DNA of 64,000 nucleotides from a virus. Its lineage: Duplodnaviria > Caudoviricetes. The DNA is taken from positions 1 to 64,000 of the IMG/VR virus record IMGVR_UViG_2926471356_000005; one strand, 5' to 3'. Below, piece after piece: positions 58,301-64,000 of the stretch (its first letter is position 1; each line of letters starts with the position of its first letter). A model generated the notes under the pieces. That model did no database searches. It was not told the origin of the DNA and saw only the letters and a list, made by a program, of their open reading frames with translations. A program made the position numbers and the translations under genes.

Positions 58301-58756
58301 AAAATCCTCAATGCTCATGCTCCCGTCAAATACATAGGGGTTAAAATCCTCTCCGTCCCGGTAGGGCTTTTCGGAAAAGGGAAGCCCCGCTTCATGGGCG
58401 GCTGCCCTCGCTTCCTCGATAACCTCCGGGGGAAGCCTGTCGTCATGCGCCCCGATAAAACCGTCAATGTCGTTCATGCTGTTTTCGTAGTGGTAGCGCA
58501 CTCCGGCGGTCAGCTCGTCAAGGCTCATGTCCTCGCCTAAATGCCCGCAGTAATAGCCGTTTAGGATAACGGCGGCGGGGTCGGTGCTTTTGATTTCCTC
58601 TAACCGGCTCCTGTCCTCCGGGTAGAGGGTGTCGTCCATATCAAGATGAAAATATTCCGCGTTCCATGAACGCCCCTGTTTCCAGAACGCCACCCATGCG
58701 ATACCGTCCCTAAGCTCGTCTTGATAGTCCTTTACGGTGTCCCGTAAACTTGCCAT
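55388..58756 (-). CDS. polyvalent antirestriction protein (ArdA + ArdC-N + metallopeptidase + YodL + DUF4316)
   Basis: NLGKYTEG..GEWVTFP; FHNYSFRN; HEIAH; HSLSVSDVV; NMIDGIINN. Confidence 0.8.
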   Translation of the reverse strand: MASLRDTVKDYQDELRDGIAWVAFWKQGRSWNAEYFHLDMDDTLYPEDRSRLEEIKSTDPAAVILNGYYCGHLGEDMSLDELTAGVRYHYENSMNDIDGFIGAHDDRLPPEVIEEARAAAHEAGLPFSEKPYRDGEDFNPYVFDGSMSIEDFELMHRMIEKERSEQMAEPILSGYLSNLGKYTEGRPAGEWVTFPTTAEHLKEVFDRIGIDFKHYEEWHFTEFQSPIPGLAEHLSEYSHPDELNYLGKLLEMQFDDDREKFIAAIEYGDHADSLQDIINLAQNLDCYWIYPSVHNEEEYGRYLVDELEEPELPEEAKKYFMYEEYGRDASINDDGMFTEKGYIYNNRNTFTEWYDGRDVPQEYRVTPQPPQRSRPDPEKADFDAAAPGQRTAQTAEQPQEPRPVIPIVLTSEKPAEKLKEITDRLEQGIAELFDSERYKEYLKVMSKFHNYSFRNTVLIAMQKPDASLVAGFSAWKNNFERNVMKGQKGIKIIAPSPYKIKQEMQKIDPHTQKPIIGKDGKPVTEEKEVTIPAYKVVSVFDVSQTEGKELPDIAVDELTGDVDRYKDFFAALEKTSPVPIAFENIEGGSHGYYHLEDKRIAINEGMSELQTLKTAIHEIAHAKLHDIDLNAPKDEQQPHVDRRTREVEAESVAYTVCQHYGLDTSDYSFGYVAGWSSGRELSELKSSLETIRSAAAEIINSIDENLAELQKAQDKEQTAGQEQPTREEKAAPKEQPQPEAPAKADTAGKEKPEAAAPGKSGAQEKAGAAPKEAFTPETIYKMRRNPYGDSPENSHLLQAYVTQENGRAKMGDVLYTGTPEKCRELMGQLKSGGLTEGDVKQLYAKAQETAQTAGQDKDTFSIYQIKGGDETRDFRFEPYDRLQAAGNVVDRANYELVYSAPLAPETSLEDIYTRFNIDHPKDFKGHSLSVSDVVVLHQDGQDAAHFVDSVGFREVPEFLQEQKQLTPDDLETGETVKTPRGTFHVTAMSREQIEAAGYGFHHQSDDGKYLIMGNGTRAFAVAAEQAQRDNPLKTAEQTIEQNGNMIDGIINNTPTVDELEAKVKAGEQISLVDLANAVKADKERGKGAKPEKKPSIRAQLRADKEKAQKKNAKQKSQDLERS

Positions 58757-58887
58757 AGTGAAAAACCTCCTTTCTTTGGGGCAGCGTCACAAGCTGCATT
58801 TTTGGGCTGCATGGTCTACTACGGGTACGCCCGCATTTCTGCCAAAGATTTCTCAAAAATTTTTAGAGGGTGAAGCCCTCCGCAAAA

Positions 58888-58987
58888 GAGGGTTTGGGAA
58901 ACTTCCCAACAAGCAAAATCCCCGTCCGGCGCGTCAGCGTCGCAACGGGGATTTACGGAAGTGGGTACCCGCTTCCTATGCTTGCTA
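58888..58987 (-). repeat. 100-nt structured element, copy 2
   Basis: Upstream of the ArdA fusion gene, same sense relative to its gene as copy 1. Confidence 0.8.
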
Positions 58988-58996
58988 TTCAAGTTT

Positions 58997-61087
58997 TTAG
59001 TTCTTCTGTACTTCGATACGGTAGTTGACGTATTTCCCGCCAGTGTCAGCCAGAACGATAGTTCCGTCATAGGTCTTGCCTGTTTTCGGGGAATAGAGCT
59101 TCTTCACATTCACTTTGCCGGATTTAAGGAGCGCGGCGGCAATCTTCGCGGAAAAAGCGGTCTTGCGTTCCTCGAAAAAGCGGTCATTCTTCCACATGAC
59201 AAAGGCACATTCTTTGTTGCTGCAATAATAGTTTTTCTTCCCCTCATGGACGGGGGAACCGCAACGGGGGCATTTGCCGACAGAGGGCTTTTCCTCCCGG
59301 AACAAATCCTTTTTCCCGTCCAGTGCTGCGGCGTGTGTCTGCACAAGCTCCCGCGCCATAGCTTCAATGCCGGACAGAAATTCGCCGGGGTCTGCGGCTC
59401 CCTTTGCTATCTGCGTCAGATTGTTTTCCCATTCTGCGGTAAGCTGCGGGGAAGTGAGCATATCCGGCAAGACTGATATAAGGGCGGCTCCGTTCTGCGT
59501 GGGGATAAGCTGCTTCCCCTTGCGCTCTGCAAAGCCGCCCTTTACCAGTTTTTCAATGACGGCGGCGCGGGTGGCGGGAGTGCCAAGCCCCCGGCGTTCC
59601 GCGTCCGGGTCGGTGTCCCCGTTCCCGGCTCGCTCCATAGCAGAGAGAAGCGACGCTTCGCTGTGGGGCTTCGGCGGCGTTGTGGTATGCTCCGTTACTT
59701 TTGCGGCGGGGTTAGGAAAGTTCTGTCCCTCGGAAAGCTCCGGCAGCGTCACGCCCTCATTTTCCCCGTCCTCTGCTTCGGGCTTATCTTTCAGCGTCGC
59801 CCGGTATCTGCGTTCAAGCTCTTTCCAACCCTCCGCAAGTACGGTCTTTCCCCTTGCGGTGAAGTCTGTCCCGGCGCATGAGAAAACCGCCGTAACCGCT
59901 TCATAAATATGCGGCTCGGCGGTGGCAAAAAGCAGACGCGCCCCCGCAAGGGTAAGGATATTCTTCTCGCTTTCCGGCAGCGCGTCCGGGTCAGCCTTTG
60001 CAAGCTCCATAGTGGGAATGATTGCGTGGTGGTCTGATACTTTCTTGCTGTCTAATACCTTTGCAATCTCCGGCGTGAAGTCCGCGCCCGCCATAAAGGG
60101 GAGCTTTTCGCAAAGCAGCGCGATAATGTCCGCTGCGGTGCCGCCCATGTCGTCAGTAAGAAAGCTGCTGTCCGTCCTCGGATAAGTAAGGAGCCGCTTT
60201 TCATAAAGGGATTGTGCAAGGTCAAGGGTCTGCTTTGCGGTGTAACCGAAAATGCGGTTCGTTTCCCGCTGCAAAGAGGTAAGGTCAAAGAGCTTTGGCG
60301 GGGCTGCGGTTTTCTTCTCTCTGGTAAGGGAAACGCATACCGCCTTTCCCGCTTCGCAAGCCCCTTTCAGCGCGTCGGCTTCTGCCTTGTCCGAAATCCT
60401 TTCGCTTGCCGCGTCCGCGCCGGATAAATCAAGGCGAACATGATAATATTTTTCTTTCTGGAAATGGGAGATAGCCGCGTCCCGGTCGGTGAGCATTTTT
60501 AAGGTCGGGGTCTGGACGCGCCCCACGTTCAAGGTCTTTCCATACAGGCAGGAGAAAAGCCGGGTGGCGTTAATGCCGATAAGCCAGTCAGCCTTTGCGC
60601 GGCAGAGGGCGGACGCAAAGAGCGCGCCATAGTCCCGCCCGTCTTTGAGGGAAGCAAAGCCCGCCTTAATCGCCCCGTCCTCCATTGAAGAAATCCACAA
60701 GCGGCGCATGGGCTTCTTGCAGCCCGCCACTTCGTAGACAAAGCGGAAAATCAATTCACCCTCGCGCCCCGCGTCACACGCATTTACCACTTCGGAAACG
60801 TCGGCGCGGTGCATAAGCTCTTTAATGGTTTTGAATTGCTTCCCCTTGTCCGGGTCAACGGCGTACTGCCATTCCTCCGGCAGAATGGGTAAGCTGTCAA
60901 AACTCCATTTTTTATATTGCTCCCCGTAGGCGGCAGCTTCCGCAAGCTGTACCAAATGCCCGACGCACCATGAAATGAGGTAGCCGCCGCCCTCGATATA
61001 CCCGTCCTGTTTCCCCTTAATGCCAAGCGCGGCGGCGATAGTCTGCGCCATGCTCGGCTTTTCTGCAATCACAAGTCTAAATGCCAT
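58997..61087 (-). CDS. topB: DNA topoisomerase III
   Basis: IAEKPS, DAGREGE, GRVQTPT, TYPRTD, GLGTPATR. Confidence 0.92.
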   Translation of the reverse strand: MAFRLVIAEKPSMAQTIAAALGIKGKQDGYIEGGGYLISWCVGHLVQLAEAAAYGEQYKKWSFDSLPILPEEWQYAVDPDKGKQFKTIKELMHRADVSEVVNACDAGREGELIFRFVYEVAGCKKPMRRLWISSMEDGAIKAGFASLKDGRDYGALFASALCRAKADWLIGINATRLFSCLYGKTLNVGRVQTPTLKMLTDRDAAISHFQKEKYYHVRLDLSGADAASERISDKAEADALKGACEAGKAVCVSLTREKKTAAPPKLFDLTSLQRETNRIFGYTAKQTLDLAQSLYEKRLLTYPRTDSSFLTDDMGGTAADIIALLCEKLPFMAGADFTPEIAKVLDSKKVSDHHAIIPTMELAKADPDALPESEKNILTLAGARLLFATAEPHIYEAVTAVFSCAGTDFTARGKTVLAEGWKELERRYRATLKDKPEAEDGENEGVTLPELSEGQNFPNPAAKVTEHTTTPPKPHSEASLLSAMERAGNGDTDPDAERRGLGTPATRAAVIEKLVKGGFAERKGKQLIPTQNGAALISVLPDMLTSPQLTAEWENNLTQIAKGAADPGEFLSGIEAMARELVQTHAAALDGKKDLFREEKPSVGKCPRCGSPVHEGKKNYYCSNKECAFVMWKNDRFFEERKTAFSAKIAAALLKSGKVNVKKLYSPKTGKTYDGTIVLADTGGKYVNYRIEVQKN

Positions 61088-61102
61088 GAAAAAATCCTCC
61101 TT

Positions 61103-61291
61103 TCAGCGTTCCGGCGCGGTGTGCTTCTTCTCCTGTGCCTGTTTCAGACAATAGCCGATACAGGGGGATTGCGCCTTATAAGGGCAACGCATACACGCCG
61201 GGGATTTTGGAACGGGCGGCGCACTGTCACGCCGCCCGGTGGGTCTTTGTACCATCATTTTTTCTAAAGGGTTTTCGGTGAAAAGCGTCAT
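61103..61291 (-). CDS. small Cys-rich hypothetical protein
   Basis: NPLEKMM..CMRCPY..CIGYC; coupled ORF. Confidence 0.55.
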   Translation of the reverse strand: MTLFTENPLEKMMVQRPTGRRDSAPPVPKSPACMRCPYKAQSPCIGYCLKQAQEKKHTAPER

Positions 61292-61989
61292 GCTTCCTCG
61301 TCCTCCTGTTCTTCATCAGAAAGCCCGTCCCCCTCGTCCTCGTCGTAATCGTCAAAATCGAAATCTTCAAGGTCGGTGTCGCCCTTGACGTTCTGCTTTG
61401 GCTTCATAAACTTAAAATAATAGAACGCGCCCCCGCCGCCAAGAAGTGCCACGACAAGGAAAAGCACAAGCCCGCCTGTATTGCCTTTCTCTTTGGGCTG
61501 CTCTGTTGGTTTCTCGGTTTCCGGCTCCGCTTCCTTGCCGCTGCAAGCGGTCATGTTGTCCTTGCAGACAGGGCAGCTCACATTTACCTTTCCGGCTTCG
61601 CATTTATCGGTGCAACTGCAAACGGCGGGCGGGGCTGCTTCGGTGCTTCCGTCCTCCATAAGTGCTAAGAGGTCGGCTTCGTCCACTTGATTAAGGAAAT
61701 GTACGGTGTCCTCGCCCTCGTCGTCCCGGTCAATGAGGATATAAAAGTAATTGCCGTTTTTGGTCGTTACGGTGATAAGCTGCTTGTTGCCGCCGAAATC
61801 GTCTACAAGGGTCGCGTTCCCGTCCGGGGTAAGGGGTTCTTCCTTTTGGGGTTCCTCGTAGACAACGCCGCTGTCGTTGGTGTCGTCCTCTCCCTCCGGG
61901 GTCTGTGCAAAAGCGGTGACGGAAAAGCCGCCCATAAGTACAAGGGCGGCGCAAAGTGCGGTCAAGGTTCTAAGGATTTTCTTATTCAT
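61288..61989 (-). CDS. DUF4366-like membrane-anchored conjugation protein
   Basis: Signal peptide, LTPDGNATLVDD, VHFLNQVDEADL, C-terminal TM. Confidence 0.75.
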   Translation of the reverse strand: MNKKILRTLTALCAALVLMGGFSVTAFAQTPEGEDDTNDSGVVYEEPQKEEPLTPDGNATLVDDFGGNKQLITVTTKNGNYFYILIDRDDEGEDTVHFLNQVDEADLLALMEDGSTEAAPPAVCSCTDKCEAGKVNVSCPVCKDNMTACSGKEAEPETEKPTEQPKEKGNTGGLVLFLVVALLGGGGAFYYFKFMKPKQNVKGDTDLEDFDFDDYDEDEGDGLSDEEQEDEEA

Positions 61990-62263
61990 TCTCGGTGTCC
62001 TCCATTTCTTCGGTGTCATGGTCTGCGGGTTCTGCGGGGTAGCCCGGCGCGGCTTCCATACCCGGAATACCGCCCCCGGAAAGCATAGCGGAAAGCTCAT
62101 GCGGGGAAAGGCGCATGGAGCGCACAAGCTGTACGATTTGCAGGTTTTCCGCTTCGGTTTTCTGCGCTTCAAGCCCCCTTAATCTGTTCTGGTACTCGGT
62201 GATTTTCTCGCGGGTCTTTGCAATCTCTTTGTCGATACGTTCAATTTTGTTCATAGCCATCAA
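61982..62263 (-). CDS. DUF4315-like protein
   Basis: KIERIDKEIAKTREKI..KTEAENLQIV. Confidence 0.7.
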   Translation of the reverse strand: MMAMNKIERIDKEIAKTREKITEYQNRLRGLEAQKTEAENLQIVQLVRSMRLSPHELSAMLSGGGIPGMEAAPGYPAEPADHDTEEMEDTENE

Positions 62264-62298
62264 TAAATTTCTCCTTTCAGATTTTCATTTTTTTGTTG

Positions 62299-64000
62299 TC
62301 AGTTCCAATTCATTAAGCCGTAGCCCTTGATACAGGAGTAATTGACGGGGTAGCTCTTTATCTTGCAGGCGTCGCCGGAATTGCCCTCGACGGTATAGAC
62401 GCGCTCCCCGTCCGTTCCGATAACAAGCCCCACATGGTCTGCGCTCCCGTCCCCGTCCCAGTCGAAAAAGATAGCGTCGCCGGGGGCGATATTCTCATAG
62501 CCCCTCGCGCCCCATTGCCCGCGTGACTGGAACCAGGGTACGCCCTGTGACTGGCACCCGGCAAAGCGCGGCTCGCTCTTTCCGGCTTGATTGTAGCACC
62601 ATGAAACGAAACAGGCGCACCATTCCACGCGGCTGTTAAATCCGTACCAGCTCCAAAAGGGTCGCCCGCCCACGTTGCCGACTTGCCGCTTCGCAAGGTC
62701 TACAACGGCGGTGTTGCCGGGGCGTGTGCCGTTTACAAGCTGTACGCCGCTTAAATCCTCGGACGCGCCCATATCGGGGGAGCCGCCGCCGAAAATCAGC
62801 GGTTTGTTTCCGCTTGTTTCCAGATAGACGCGGTACATTTCAAGCTGCTGTGGCGTTAGAAGTTCCTCCGCAATCTCGGAAATGGGCTTGTTCGTCAGCT
62901 TCACGTTGAGGATATGGTACTCGTAGGGTACTTCCTCGGTGGTCGTTTCCCCTGTTTCCGGGTCTGTGCTTGTTTCTGTGCGGTAGCGGATTTCCGTTTC
63001 TTCTGTCAGCGTCAAAGTGTACTGCATGGCAAAGACGCGATTTAGCTCTGCCTGTGCGCTCTGCGGGGTGTAGGTCTGCAAAAGGGCGGTGAGGTAGGAC
63101 GCTAACTCATGGGGGTTATGCCCGATACTGTCAAGGTCATAGCGGTATTCGTCATAGCCGGGGTGGGTGCTTTCGATATTGTCAATCTGCTGCTGAAGCT
63201 CGTTTTCCTTTGCGGCGTAATTGTTCTCCGTCGCCACAAGGTCGCTGTCCTCCGACGTGTAGGAAGTCCCAAGTATGCCGTTCATCAAGCCGGAGAACAT
63301 GGAACCGCAAGAGGAAAGCCCCGCCGATACCATGATGAATAAGAGCAGCGCGGCAACGGCGATACATACGCCCGCCGGGTGCCGCCCTACAAAAGCGATT
63401 GCCTTTTTTGTTTCCTCGGCGGTCTTTTTTGCCGCCTTGCGGGTGTTCTCTGCGGCTTTCTGCGCCGTTTTTGCGCCGCCTTTCCTTGCCGACTTTGCAT
63501 ACTGCCGCTTGATTTGCTGCTTCTGCATGAAGCGGGAAAGGGGATTGCCCGCAATCTGCGGATTGTCATGCAGGGCTTTATGGTACTGGAAATCCACATT
63601 CGCCTTGAACGCCGCTTTCTCTGCCTTTGCCGCCGCCCGGTAGGGTTTGAGCTTGTGGCTGTGGTAGCCCTCCTTGACTTTCCGCGCCCCGTACTTTGCG
63701 CCGCGCTCTGCCAGTTCTTCGGATTTGTGCGCCCCCTCAACGCCGGAATTGTCCTTTTCAACGGAATGTATCTTGTTGTGGACGAAAATACCCGCTTCCT
63801 GTGCGGGGCGGGATAGCGGGTTATTGTGGGGCTTATTCTTTCCTATGGGCTTTTCCTGTTCCTCAAAATGTAGGCGGGTCTTGCCTTTCCCGGTGGCTTC
63901 ATCAAAGGTGCGCTCCCGTACAAGTTTCTTTTCTTTGGGGATAGCCGCCTTTGCCGCGTCCAGACGGTCGGCTGCTTTGTCCGATTTTCGGATATACCTT
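62299..64000 (-). CDS. conjugation cell-wall hydrolase (CHAP/NlpC-P60), 5' end probably outside window
   Basis: WCACFVSW, DHVG, TVEGN; frame stays open upstream of 63597. Confidence 0.8.
   Translation of the reverse strand, partial: RYIRKSDKAADRLDAAKAAIPKEKKLVRERTFDEATGKGKTRLHFEEQEKPIGKNKPHNNPLSRPAQEAGIFVHNKIHSVEKDNSGVEGAHKSEELAERGAKYGARKVKEGYHSHKLKPYRAAAKAEKAAFKANVDFQYHKALHDNPQIAGNPLSRFMQKQQIKRQYAKSARKGGAKTAQKAAENTRKAAKKTAEETKKAIAFVGRHPAGVCIAVAALLLFIMVSAGLSSCGSMFSGLMNGILGTSYTSEDSDLVATENNYAAKENELQQQIDNIESTHPGYDEYRYDLDSIGHNPHELASYLTALLQTYTPQSAQAELNRVFAMQYTLTLTEETEIRYRTETSTDPETGETTTEEVPYEYHILNVKLTNKPISEIAEELLTPQQLEMYRVYLETSGNKPLIFGGGSPDMGASEDLSGVQLVNGTRPGNTAVVDLAKRQVGNVGGRPFWSWYGFNSRVEWCACFVSWCYNQAGKSEPRFAGCQSQGVPWFQSRGQWGARGYENIAPGDAIFFDWDGDGSADHVGLVIGTDGERVYTVEGNSGDACKIKSYPVNYSCIKGYGLMNWN

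Overview
Three nested mobile elements from a Firmicute (Lachnospiraceae/Clostridiales-like gene content; host taxon is inferred). (1) A small integrative element (rep initiator, DnaC/IstB-like ATPase, TnpW, serine recombinase; about 187-1640 and 45027-45831) is broken twice. (2) A 43.4-kb siphovirus-like prophage (1641-45026, CCAG duplicated at the ends) sits inside the ATPase gene. (3) A Tn1549/CTn-like ICE (about 45832 to beyond 64000) truncates the recombinase. The prophage carries a diversity-generating retroelement (DGR) that has lost its template repeat and the catalytic part of its reverse transcriptase. It keeps two matching variable regions, one in a tail-module gene and one 37 kb away in the early operon next to cro, each followed by the same co-varying hairpin. 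Other points of interest in the phage: attP lies inside the integrase 3' end; an opposite-strand operon led by a very acidic, Ocr-like protein lies between terS and terL, bracketed by two 89-bp palindromes; a PAPS-reductase-family gene is frameshifted at a G9 tract. The ICE carries an RlmN/Cfr-family methyltransferase behind an ErmDL-like leader peptide (MLHSMRIR) and attenuator, and two copies of a 100-nt structured element, upstream of mobC and of the ardA-containing gene. All calls come from reading motifs by eye; no database searches were run.
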